IMG/VR virus record: IMGVR_UViG_3300015607_004925
Coordinates: 32,001 to 96,000 of that record
Length of the DNA stretch: 64,000 nt
Strand: one strand, 5' to 3'
DNA from: a virus
Lineage: Duplodnaviria; Caudoviricetes
The position numbers and the translations under genes are program-made. How positions within the stretch are numbered: position 1 is the stretch's first letter; each line of letters opens with the position of its first letter. Below the pieces are notes generated by a model. That model saw only the letters and a list, made by a program, of their open reading frames with translations, made no database searches and was not told where the DNA came from. This document shows positions 17,171-25,645 of the stretch, piece after piece.

Positions 17171-20100
17171 TCAGCCTTTCAGGGTACCCGTCAAGCGTCC
17201 GGCGGGCACGGTGCCGGTCAGGCGGTCGTCCGCCGGGGTCGTGAGTGCGGCGACGCGCGCTGGCGCTTCGGGGTCAGGCACGCGCCCGACCAGCCGGTCG
17301 AGCGGCGGCGTCGCCAAGACGCCGCGGAGCGGCGGGACTGCCGGGTCGTCGACGACGCCCATCAGCCGGTCGGGCGCGCGGAACAGCGCCCGGAACGCTA
17401 GGGTCGCGTCACCGCCGCGGATCACGATCACGCCCGGCGCGGTGTCCGCGCGGAAGCCGTGATCCAGTGCCACTGGCGTGCCCGTGACGGTGACCGCGCC
17501 CGGCGCCGGCGCCACCCGGCGAGTCGCACGTAGGTCGGCGGTGGCGCCGGCCAGTGCAATCGCGCCAGGTGTTGTCGCGAGCGGATAGTCGGGCTGCAGC
17601 TGGACGTCGGTGCCCGTGATCGCGATCGCGCCGTTCGCGGCGGCCAGGCGGCGATGGTCGGCCAGGTTTGTCGCGGTGCCGGTCAGCAGCAACACGCCTG
17701 CGGCTGCCGCAAGCACGCGGTCGGCGTAGAGGCCTGGTGCCGTGCTTGCCAGCGTCACCGTACCGGCGCTGGCGCCCAGCCGACGGGTCGCGCGTAGATC
17801 TGTCGAGATCCCTGCCGTGATGAACGTACCCACCGCTGGCACGAGGCGGCGGGCTGCGCGCAGGTTCGTAGGCGTGCCGTCGATCGTGATGACGCCAGGG
17901 CTTGCGGCCAGCGGGAAGCTACGCCGCAAGGTTGTCGCGTTGCCGGTCAGCGCAAGAGTGCCGGCGGTGGGTGCGAGCACGCGCGTTGCACGCAACCCGA
18001 CCGTCGTGCCCGCGATTGCGAGCGTTCCCAGGTTCGCGATGATGTGCCGCGCCAGCGGTAGCGAGACCGTCGCACCTGCGAGCACGAACGTACCCGCGTT
18101 GACCGTGAGCAACCGGGTCGCACGCAGGTTCGTGGCAGCGCCTGCGAGCACGAACGTACCCGCGTTGACCGTGAGCAACCGGGTCGCACGCAGGTTCGTG
18201 GCAGCGCCTGCGAGCGTGAGCGCGCCCGGCGTCGCGATGATGATGTAGCTGCCGACGGGCGTGTAAACCAGGTTCGCGTTCGTACCGGCGAGCGTGATCG
18301 CGCCGTTCTGCGGCGCGACGCGCCGTGTTGTACGCAACCCTGCCGCCGTGCCGGCGATCGTCAGTGCACCTACTTGAGCGTTCAGCCGGTAGGTGCGCGT
18401 CAGGCCTGCGGCGGTACCTGTGATCGTGACGGCGCCACTCTGTGTGGTCGTGCGGGCCGTGCGTGTCACCGTCGCGGCCGCGCCCGCGATGGTGATCGCT
18501 CCTGACTGCGTCGTCAGCGTGCGTGTTGCCGCCAGGCTTGCCGCGGTGCCTGCGATCGTGAACGTACCCGGCTGCGTCGCAACGACGGCGCCGTGACGCA
18601 GCCCTGCATCGGTGCCCGCGATCGCGACAGCGCCGGCGAGGGCGGTCAGCGTGTAGCTGCTCGCTGGCGTGTACGTCAGCGTGGCGTCGGTGCCCGCGAT
18701 CGTCAGCGCTCCGGGCTGTGCCGTGAGCGTCACATCGCGTCGCAGCGTTGCGGTCGCACCCGTGATCGCCAGCGCCCCCGTCTGGGCAGTGAGCAGGCGC
18801 GTCGCGCGCAGCCCGGCATCGGTGCCCGCGATCGCCAGCGCCCCGGTCTGGGCCGTGAGCAGGCGCGTCGCGCGCAACCCTGCATCGGTGCCCGCGATCG
18901 CGACAGCGCCGGCGAGGGCGGTCAGCGTGTAGCTGCTCGCTGGCGTGTACGTCAGCGTGGCGTCGGTGCCCGCGATCGTCAGTGCCCCGGCTTGGGCAGT
19001 GAGCAGGCGCGTCGCGCGCAACCCTGCATCGGTGCCCGCGATCGCCAGCGCTCCGGTCTGGGCAGTGAGCAGGCGCGTCGCGCGCAACCCTGCATCGGTG
19101 CCCGCGATCGCCAGCGCTCCGGGCTGTGCCGTGAGCGTCACATCGCGACGCAGCGTTGCGGTCGCACCCGTGATCGCCAGCGCCCCCGTCTGGGCAGTGA
19201 GCAGGCGCGTCGCACACAGCCCGGCATCGGTGCCCGCGATCGCCTGCGCCCCGGCTTGGGCGGTGAGCACGTAGGTCGCACGTAGTCCAACAGCCGTGCC
19301 TGCCAGGGTGATCGTGCCGCCTTGCGCGGCCAGCAAGCGCGTCGCGCGCAGCCCTGCAGCGGTGCCCGCTAGCGTTACCGCGCCACTCTGCGCCACTACA
19401 CGCCAAGCCTGGGTTAGTGCGGGCGCGGTGCCGGCGAGCACAAACGCACCGGTTTGGGCGGTGAGCAGTCGTGTTGTGCGCAGCCCAACACTCGAGCCCG
19501 CGATCGCCACGGCACCACTTTGGGCCGTGAGCACGTAGGCGTTCGCACCCGCGGTGACCGATGACGTGTCGAACCAACCGACGCTGCTTGCCGGCGGCGA
19601 GCCGAACCAACCCAACGACGTTGCGGTCGGATCGAAGTTCCCGATCGGAACGTGGATCGTCTCGTCGTTGCGGGCGAAGACGAGGTTCAGCGATCCCGCA
19701 AGCGCAAGCGCGCCACTCGACGTGGTGAGCGACGGCGTGAGTCCTTGCGTGATCGTCGCGGTCTGGCTCAGGCTGAGCTGGACGATCGCGAGCGGCGTTG
19801 AGGTTGCGAGCGTGTACGACCACGTGTCTGCGGCGAGGGTACCTGCGGCCGTCTTGACGCCGTAGAGCGTGTCAAACCCGCCACCGACGCCATCCGTCGT
19901 CTGGCCGAACGCGAAGTACGCCGACGTCGACAGGCCGGCGTTGCTGACCGACGGCGGCGACCCCATCTGGTTGGCGGTATCGCTGACGGCGTTGCCGACC
20001 CAGCACAACACGTCCATGTTGGCGCCGGTGCGTGTCGTGATCGCCGGGCTTCGTGCCGTCGTGCCGCTGGTGTAGACGTCCTTACCGACGGCATCCCACG

Positions 20101-20458
20101 GTCCGTTTGGATCCGCGTTGAAAACACCTACGTTGGGCGTGTAGACCTGGATCTGCGCGAGCGTGTGATCGCCCGAATCCGCGACGACGCAACCGTTGGA
20201 CGATGGCGCGGCCCACTTCCAGAAGATCTGGATTGCCGTTTCACCTGCGGCACCTGGCGTGCCTCCCGTTGAGACACGTGCCGCGACCACTTCCTGGAAG
20301 CCGTTTGGCGTCGCAAGCGTGGTGTACTGTCCCGCGGTCTGGACGACCACGACGATGAGGTCGTTCTCCGCATACGCGCCGCCCATCGGGTCGGGCAACG
20401 TGACGTCCCCGGTCCCGCTGACCGCCGCGTCGACCGGGAGGCGGATTGAGAGCGACAT
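17171..20458 (-). CDS. Long repetitive fibre protein (head, neck or tail fibre)
   Basis: 1095 aa; about 22-aa repeats LTAQxGALAIAGTDAGLRATRL over most of its length. Confidence 0.75.
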   Translation of the reverse strand: MSLSIRLPVDAAVSGTGDVTLPDPMGGAYAENDLIVVVVQTAGQYTTLATPNGFQEVVAARVSTGGTPGAAGETAIQIFWKWAAPSSNGCVVADSGDHTLAQIQVYTPNVGVFNADPNGPWDAVGKDVYTSGTTARSPAITTRTGANMDVLCWVGNAVSDTANQMGSPPSVSNAGLSTSAYFAFGQTTDGVGGGFDTLYGVKTAAGTLAADTWSYTLATSTPLAIVQLSLSQTATITQGLTPSLTTSSGALALAGSLNLVFARNDETIHVPIGNFDPTATSLGWFGSPPASSVGWFDTSSVTAGANAYVLTAQSGAVAIAGSSVGLRTTRLLTAQTGAFVLAGTAPALTQAWRVVAQSGAVTLAGTAAGLRATRLLAAQGGTITLAGTAVGLRATYVLTAQAGAQAIAGTDAGLCATRLLTAQTGALAITGATATLRRDVTLTAQPGALAIAGTDAGLRATRLLTAQTGALAIAGTDAGLRATRLLTAQAGALTIAGTDATLTYTPASSYTLTALAGAVAIAGTDAGLRATRLLTAQTGALAIAGTDAGLRATRLLTAQTGALAITGATATLRRDVTLTAQPGALTIAGTDATLTYTPASSYTLTALAGAVAIAGTDAGLRHGAVVATQPGTFTIAGTAASLAATRTLTTQSGAITIAGAAATVTRTARTTTQSGAVTITGTAAGLTRTYRLNAQVGALTIAGTAAGLRTTRRVAPQNGAITLAGTNANLVYTPVGSYIIIATPGALTLAGAATNLRATRLLTVNAGTFVLAGAATNLRATRLLTVNAGTFVLAGATVSLPLARHIIANLGTLAIAGTTVGLRATRVLAPTAGTLALTGNATTLRRSFPLAASPGVITIDGTPTNLRAARRLVPAVGTFITAGISTDLRATRRLGASAGTVTLASTAPGLYADRVLAAAAGVLLLTGTATNLADHRRLAAANGAIAITGTDVQLQPDYPLATTPGAIALAGATADLRATRRVAPAPGAVTVTGTPVALDHGFRADTAPGVIVIRGGDATLAFRALFRAPDRLMGVVDDPAVPPLRGVLATPPLDRLVGRVPDPEAPARVAALTTPADDRLTGTVPAGRLTGTLKG
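17460..19540 (-). repeat. Coding tandem repeat array, 66-bp (some 78-bp) units
   Basis: Exact 66-bp duplication at 18075-18140 / 18141-18206; near-identical units about 18600-19260. Confidence 0.85.
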
Positions 20459-20466
20459 CGCTCAGC

Positions 20467-21315
20467 TCAGCGGGTCCGCATCCACTGCAAGATCGCACCC
20501 GCCTTGGCAACAACCGCGGACGAGCTGACCTCCGACGCGAACCGCGCGATCACGGTGCCGTTGCTGGATGGCGTGATCACGCCTTCAACCACCGCGACGT
20601 TGCCCGTCGTCAGCGAGGTCGCGTTCGCCGCCGCCGGAGTGTCGTACGCCGTCGCGCTGTTGACCGTGTTCGAGGTCGCCGTCAGCGTGTAGGTGCTGGT
20701 GTAGTTCAACATGGTCGGCGACGCCGGCCCGTTGATCGCCCATCGTGAGCCAGTGGTGGTGGCTGCGCTCGTGTAAGGGATCGTGAACCGGAACCAGTAG
20801 GTCTGCCCCGCCGTGACCGAGAACGACAGCCCCGTCACGTCCGCGATCGTGTTGGCGCTGGCGTTATTGTTCGTGACGTCGCTCGACAGAACAACAGTGT
20901 TGAGGACGCTGACCGTCGGCGACCCGATGACGATCAGCTCCTTGATCCGCCCCGCGATGTCGATGACCTGGGGCTTACCATCCTCGCCGATCGTCAGGGT
21001 CTCGCCGGGCCCAAGCGGCACGGCGTTGACGAGCTGGACGACGTCGGCACCATCGCCGTGGTTCAACGTCACGGTGTTCGACAGCGCGGCGTCGATGTTC
21101 GTGATGTTGATGCACTTCACGCCCTGTGCGGTCGTCGAGCCCACACCTGCGAGGATCGTCGTCGTCGATGCCGTCGTGATCTTGGTGTTGTCATCCTTCG
21201 GCGTCGATGTCGTCGCCGCGTCGACCAGCTCGACCCACGAGACGTGGCAGTCCAAGTCGGCACCTGTGGTGCAGACGACCTCGAGCTTGGCCGACGCGTG
21301 CTTCAGGATGATCAT
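20467..21315 (-). CDS. Fibre-associated beta-rich virion protein
   Basis: 282 aa, Thr/Ser-rich; C-terminal DVTGLSFSVTAGQTYWFRF pattern. Confidence 0.6.
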   Translation of the reverse strand: MIILKHASAKLEVVCTTGADLDCHVSWVELVDAATTSTPKDDNTKITTASTTTILAGVGSTTAQGVKCINITNIDAALSNTVTLNHGDGADVVQLVNAVPLGPGETLTIGEDGKPQVIDIAGRIKELIVIGSPTVSVLNTVVLSSDVTNNNASANTIADVTGLSFSVTAGQTYWFRFTIPYTSAATTTGSRWAINGPASPTMLNYTSTYTLTATSNTVNSATAYDTPAAANATSLTTGNVAVVEGVITPSSNGTVIARFASEVSSSAVVAKAGAILQWMRTR

Positions 21316-21320
21316 GGCGA

Positions 21321-21740
21321 TCAGGTCACGGTCAGGACGGAGGCCCCGAAGTCGACGGTGAAGGTCTCGCCGTTGGACATCGTGATCGAGGATCCGTAGT
21401 CGTAGTACCCGATCAACGGGTCAGCTGGCGATGTCGGTGTGTCGTTGTACAGGACGGCGTACCGGAAGGGCCCCACGGACCCGGTCGCGGTGATGACGAC
21501 GTCCACGCCGGTCATCGTGCCGACACCGCCTGACTGGCTGTAGGTGTTCTGGATGTCCACCGGTCCCGTGTAGCCGTTACCGGTCGAGATCTCGGCGAGG
21601 TCGGCCTTGACCGCCATCGTCGCGACGTTCGGCGCGGTGTTCGACAGGTAGACGTTGACCGTCCCGGTGTTGAGGTTGTGCACCCCGAGGCCGAGGTCTC
21701 CGGGAAATTGCTCGAACTTGACGAAGGCAGCGACGGTCAT
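21321..21740 (-). CDS. Small fibre-associated virion protein
   Basis: EISTGNGYTG...FRYAVLYND...LIGYYDYG; AGGAG RBS. Confidence 0.65.
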   Translation of the reverse strand: MTVAAFVKFEQFPGDLGLGVHNLNTGTVNVYLSNTAPNVATMAVKADLAEISTGNGYTGPVDIQNTYSQSGGVGTMTGVDVVITATGSVGPFRYAVLYNDTPTSPADPLIGYYDYGSSITMSNGETFTVDFGASVLTVT

Positions 21741-21772
21741 CAGGGCTCCTTTGAGGGCAGAACGGTCGTTTG

Positions 21773-21778
21773 ATTATA
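21773..21778 (-). promoter_or_regulatory. Putative late promoter -10 box
   Basis: gcgc-TATAAT-caaa. Confidence 0.55.
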
Positions 21779-21802
21779 GCGCGAAGGGTTTCGCGTCCGC
21801 GG

Positions 21803-22024
21803 TCATGGTCCGTTGTAGAGAAATTCCACCAGGTCGCCGGTCGCCGGTGCGACGTCGAACTGCACTTGCGTCCCGCCGATGAACGAGAAGCCTCGCCATT
21901 GTACGAGACCGTTGCGGACGACGTAGAGCGTCTGCGGCGTCCACGCGACCGGCGCGTTGAACACAACCGTGACACCGTCGGGCGTCTCGGTCGCCAGCCT
22001 GCGCGTGAACTGGCCGATCGCCAC
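21803..22024 (-). CDS. Small beta-rich virion protein
   Basis: DGVTVVF...VVRNGLVQ...APATGD pattern seen in fibre and decoration repeats. Confidence 0.6.
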   Translation of the reverse strand: MAIGQFTRRLATETPDGVTVVFNAPVAWTPQTLYVVRNGLVQWRGFSFIGGTQVQFDVAPATGDLVEFLYNGP

Positions 22025-22027
22025 CGA

Positions 22028-22432
22028 CTACCTCCGGTTCTTGTTGGCCTTGTGCGAGGTCGGCGGCGCTGCGGGCGCCTCGGGGACGACCGGCGGCGCG
22101 ACCTCGGGCAGGACTTCGACCGGCGGCTCGGACAGTGCCGCGGGCTCGGTCGACACCAGCGGCTCGGTCGACACCAGCGGCTCGGTCGACACCAGCGGCT
22201 CGGTCGACACCAGCGGCTCGGTCGACACCAGCGGCTCGGTCGACACTGCAGGCCTTACTACACGTACCCAGCCGGCGCGCACGACGCGCTGGACGATGTC
22301 GTCGTGGAAGGTCTTGTCGTCGACCTCGCGCTCCTCCTTGGCCTTGAGCGTGAGCGTGCGGCCGAGCAGGTCCTTGAGGGGCGACATGTCCAGCACGCTG
22401 GACGTGGCGTTCGCGATCTTGTGGTTGGGCAT
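22028..22432 (-). CDS. Hypothetical protein with VSTEPL tandem repeats
   Basis: Start ATG 22432 (MPNHKIAN); lies directly downstream of the capsid gene. Confidence 0.65.
   Translation of the reverse strand: MPNHKIANATSSVLDMSPLKDLLGRTLTLKAKEEREVDDKTFHDDIVQRVVRAGWVRVVRPAVSTEPLVSTEPLVSTEPLVSTEPLVSTEPLVSTEPAALSEPPVEVLPEVAPPVVPEAPAAPPTSHKANKNRR
22143..22246. repeat. Perfect 18-bp tandem repeat (ggctcggtcgacaccagc x5 plus 14 bp)
   Basis: Read directly; encodes VSTEPL. Confidence 0.95.
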
Positions 22433-22441
22433 GACTTCCAT

Positions 22442-22447
22442 ATTGTA
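22442..22447 (-). promoter_or_regulatory. Putative late promoter -10 box
   Basis: gtcc-TACAAT-atggaagtc-ATG. Confidence 0.5.
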
Positions 22448-22455
22448 GGACGACA

Positions 22456-22534
22456 AAGGCCGCCTTCCTGGGTCCCGTGTCACGGGAGGAAGACGGCCTT
22501 GGCCCTTCACGTAGGTGACCCGGCCTGCGGGTCA
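22456..22534 (-). terminator. Two stem-loops after the capsid gene (terminator or mRNA stabiliser)
   Basis: tgacccg/cgggtca (22516-22534) and aaggccgccttcct/aggaagacggcctt with inner cccgt/acggg (22456-22500); short U-tract. Confidence 0.6.
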
Positions 22535-22540
22535 GGTCGA

Positions 22541-23479
22541 TCAGGCGAACGGGAAGTCGATACGCTGACCCGCGAGCGTGTTGCCGATGCCGATGCCCGG
22601 CACCGCGTAGGACCAGAACTCGATCATGTCGGCTTCCTGCTTGATGAACAGGGTCGCGTCCTGCAACAGGAAGAACACGCCGAGGTAGTTCTGCGGCGCG
22701 AAGATGTACGCCGAGCGACGGCTGCCGCCGGCGACGTCGTCGACGATCTCGCGCTTGATCGTCGAGACGACCGGGATGCCCCACAGCTTCTCCTCGGCCT
22801 CGATGCCGAGGTCGTAGTGGCGCGACGCGACGTCGTTGCCGACGCTGGTCGCCGGCAGGTCGAGCGCCTCGTAGTAGAGGCTCTTCGTCATCAGCATCTT
22901 GCCGATGGGCTGCTTGCGGTTGACGAGCGCCTGGAAGCCGAGCTTGAACGCCGACGAGTTGAACGACGCGGCCACCGTGCGCTGGGTGGCCAGCGCGAGT
23001 GCGATGATCGCGTTCCACGTGTCCGTGAACTTCTGGTCTTCCTGGTCCGCCATGTCCTTCACCGAGTTGTCGGAGAGGATCTTGCGGATGTCGTTCTGGT
23101 ACGTCATCAGCTCGAACTTGTTCTTGCTGAAGCGCTGCGACTCGGTCTTGCCGAAGAAGACCGAGAAGCGCTTGCCGCGGAACCACGTCCGCTGCGCCGA
23201 GCCGTTGAACGGCACGAACGTGGCGACGGAGTCCGGCTCCTTCTCGACGATCTTCTTCGGCTGGTCCGTGTTCTCGTCGCGGTCGATCTCGTCGTCCCCG
23301 AGCATCACGGGCTCGATGATCTCGCGCGCGAAGGACTCCTGGCGGAGCTTCTGGCGGATGAACGCCGTGCCCTCCGCTTCGGCTTCCTTCGTGCGACCGT
23401 CGTCGATCTTGCGCACGAAGTTCGAGTTGATGAACTGCGCGCTGACCTGCTGGGTCTGGGTCTTGTACGCCGTGGGCAT
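22541..23479 (-). CDS. Major capsid protein (HK97-fold expected)
   Basis: 312 aa; follows protease, scaffold and decoration genes; RQESFAREII and LWGIPVVSTIK...YIFA...GIGIGN patterns; strong codon bias; hairpins downstream. Confidence 0.75.
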   Translation of the reverse strand: MPTAYKTQTQQVSAQFINSNFVRKIDDGRTKEAEAEGTAFIRQKLRQESFAREIIEPVMLGDDEIDRDENTDQPKKIVEKEPDSVATFVPFNGSAQRTWFRGKRFSVFFGKTESQRFSKNKFELMTYQNDIRKILSDNSVKDMADQEDQKFTDTWNAIIALALATQRTVAASFNSSAFKLGFQALVNRKQPIGKMLMTKSLYYEALDLPATSVGNDVASRHYDLGIEAEEKLWGIPVVSTIKREIVDDVAGGSRRSAYIFAPQNYLGVFFLLQDATLFIKQEADMIEFWSYAVPGIGIGNTLAGQRIDFPFA

Positions 23480-23512
23480 TGTGGTGCTTCTCCTCTGGAT
23501 GACCCGAGCGGG

Positions 23513-23980
23513 TTAGAGCATCGCGGTGTCGCCACCGTCGTACATGACGACGATGGTACCGTCGGTGGCGGTGTTGTCGGCGAGGACCGAGCCGATGACC
23601 TGGTCGTTCGTGACGGCGGGCTGCCACTTGCCCGCCGAGAACGTCAGGGCCGTGCCCGGGGTGTAGGAACCGGCGTTGAAGTTCGCCGGGTCGAGGCGCA
23701 GCATGGCGTTCGACCGGAGGCAGACGACCTTCGACACGAACTGCGCCGAGTAGTCGTCGTTGCCCTCGATGACCACCCACGTCTTCACGGCGTTGGCCGC
23801 GTTGCGGGCGGGCGTGGTCGCCGCGACGGCCTTGCCGTCGGTGCCGACCTTGATGACCGTGCCTGCGGGCAGCGAATCGTCGGTGCCCGGCGTGGTCTGG
23901 TGGATGCCGAAGGATTCGTCGATAGCGCCTTCCTTCGGGAATCCGCGGAGGATATCGAACTTGCTGTTGAGCCGCGACAT
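23513..23980 (-). CDS. Putative capsid decoration/cement protein
   Basis: 155 aa beta-rich (YTPGTALTF..G), immediately upstream of MCP. Confidence 0.6.
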   Translation of the reverse strand: MSRLNSKFDILRGFPKEGAIDESFGIHQTTPGTDDSLPAGTVIKVGTDGKAVAATTPARNAANAVKTWVVIEGNDDYSAQFVSKVVCLRSNAMLRLDPANFNAGSYTPGTALTFSAGKWQPAVTNDQVIGSVLADNTATDGTIVVMYDGGDTAML

Positions 23981-24004
23981 GTCTGTTTTCCTTGTGAAGG
24001 GCCG

Positions 24005-24358
24005 CTACGAATTGATCCAGCTGAGGAACCGATCGTCGGCGGCGTCCGCAGCTTCCTTGGTGGTCTTCGGGGTCGTGTCTGGCTCCGGCGAAGTGCCGGC
24101 GCCGAGGGAGTCGAGGGTGCCCGCCTGCTTGACGAGCTGGCTCTCGATGTAGTCGAGCGCCGCGTCATCGGCCTTGGCGAGCTTCTGCCGGTCGACGTCA
24201 GACAGCTCCTCGCCGTTGGCGGCGAGGTGTGCCGTCGCGATCTTGTCGAGACGGGCCTTGCGCGCGGTCTCGACCGCGGCCGTCTTCTTGGACTCGTTCT
24301 CGTCGACGTAGTCCGCGGCTGCCTCGAGGACGGCGGCGAGCTTGTTCAGGTCAGCCAT
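24005..24358 (-). CDS. Putative scaffold-like protein
   Basis: Helical, acidic; several KxA sites. Confidence 0.6.
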   Translation of the reverse strand: MADLNKLAAVLEAAADYVDENESKKTAAVETARKARLDKIATAHLAANGEELSDVDRQKLAKADDAALDYIESQLVKQAGTLDSLGAGTSPEPDTTPKTTKEAADAADDRFLSWINS

Positions 24359-24506
24359 GACGCACCCCCAGCTTGCGGCTCAGCAGACCGAGTCCACTGG
24401 CTGCGATGAGGACGGACGCCGCCTTCTCGCGCTTCACGGACGCACGGCGCGCGGCCTCCTTGCGGAGGTCAGCGGCGAGCGCGCGAAGCATCTCGGAGTC
24501 CTTCAC
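24351..24506 (-). CDS. Small hypothetical protein (51 aa)
   Basis: MKDSEMLRALAADLRKEAARRASVKREKAASVLIAASGLGLLSRKLGVRHG; overlaps both neighbours; not in ORF track. Confidence 0.65.
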   Translation of the reverse strand: MKDSEMLRALAADLRKEAARRASVKREKAASVLIAASGLGLLSRKLGVRHG

Positions 24507-24718
24507 AGGGCCTCCATGAGGTCGGCGTAGGTGATGTCGACGGGCGCGTTGCGCACTTCGTCGGCGAGCTTGCGGAGGTCGCGTGCGAGGTCAGTGCGCG
24601 GCGCCGCCGCCGCTTCCTTGACCGCACGCGCTTCGTCGGCACGGCGACGTGTCGCGGCGTTCGCCTCGGCGAGGACCTCGTCGACGACGAGGGAGAGGTG
24701 GTTGCGGGCGCGGCTCAC
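24503..24718 (-). CDS. Small helical head-assembly protein
   Basis: 71 aa; KEAA and KLAD sites. Confidence 0.65.
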   Translation of the reverse strand: MSRARNHLSLVVDEVLAEANAATRRRADEARAVKEAAAAPRTDLARDLRKLADEVRNAPVDITYADLMEAL

Positions 24719-24999
24719 GGCTGAACCGCCTGCATGGGATGCTGCGCCGCGTGGAGTGCGTCGATGATACGCGGGCCAGCGATGCCGGCCGCGACACCCG
24801 CGCCGAACGACGTGTTCCGTGCGCGGTTGCGCGCTTCTTCGTCGTGTGCGTGCGTGAGCAGCGCGCCGAGCGCGCCGCCACCGAGCGCCCCCGCACCGCC
24901 CGCGAGCAACGCCTTGACGAGCGCGGGGTTCGCGGCGGCCTTGACCTCTGCGGCCTGCTTGAGGCGCACGAGGACGTCGATGTTCACGACGGGGCTCAT
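24715..24999 (-). CDS. Glycine-zipper protein
   Basis: LKQAAEVKAAA then LLAGGAGALGGGALGALL. Confidence 0.65.
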   Translation of the reverse strand: MSPVVNIDVLVRLKQAAEVKAAANPALVKALLAGGAGALGGGALGALLTHAHDEEARNRARNTSFGAGVAAGIAGPRIIDALHAAQHPMQAVQP

Positions 25000-25002
25000 G
25001 GG

Positions 25003-25584
25003 CTAGCGGCTCGCCGCCTCCACGAGCGCCTGGCCACGCTTGAAGCCCTCGACGAAGACGTCGCTGGCGAGCTTGTAGACCTGCGCCATCTGGTCGTTCC
25101 AGCCCTTGACGTAGGCGTCCTCGCCGAGCTTCTCGAGCTGAGCGATGGTCGTGGCGTAGCCCAGCTCCGCGGCCTCCTTGACGAGGTCCGGGTTCTCGGC
25201 GGCGAACTTCTCGAACGAGCCGTCGCTCGCGGTCTTCACCGGCGCGGGCTGCGCGGCAGCGACCTTGCGGGCGGCCTCGTCGTACTGCGCGGCACGCGCC
25301 ATGAAGCCGTCGCAGATCGCTGCGCCGTACAGCTGCGCCTCCTTGACGAGCGCCTCGTGCTCGGCCTTCGAGAGGTCGGCGGCGATCTTCGTCATGTCCT
25401 CGATCGGCGAGGTCTGGCTCGCCGTCTTGGTGGACGCGTCGGGCGCGGTCGCCTCTTTGAGCGCCTGCTTGAGGCGCTCGCCCGCGTCACTGGTGGGAGC
25501 AGTCGTCGACGGAGCGGGCGTCGCCGCCGCGGTCTTCGTCGTGGGCGCTGCGCCCATCCTGGTGAGTGCGTCTGAGAGCTTCAT
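25003..25584 (-). CDS. Putative major scaffolding protein
   Basis: Start ATG 25584 (MKLSDAL); Ala-rich helical; many KxA sites. Confidence 0.65.
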   Translation of the reverse strand: MKLSDALTRMGAAPTTKTAAATPAPSTTAPTSDAGERLKQALKEATAPDASTKTASQTSPIEDMTKIAADLSKAEHEALVKEAQLYGAAICDGFMARAAQYDEAARKVAAAQPAPVKTASDGSFEKFAAENPDLVKEAAELGYATTIAQLEKLGEDAYVKGWNDQMAQVYKLASDVFVEGFKRGQALVEAASR

Positions 25585-25609
25585 GGGTGCCGTCTCCGCT
25601 TCGGTGAAA

Positions 25610-25615
25610 ATGATA
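25610..25615 (-). promoter_or_regulatory. Putative late promoter -10 box
   Basis: ccccc-TATCAT-tttc; GGAG RBS follows. Confidence 0.55.
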
Positions 25616-25645
25616 GGGGGCTGGTTGGGAAAAAACAAAAAGATG

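Noticed and set aside
22143-22246. Possible CRISPR array (also the repeats at 17460-19540)
   Set aside because: Repeats are directly adjacent with no unique spacers and are in-frame coding
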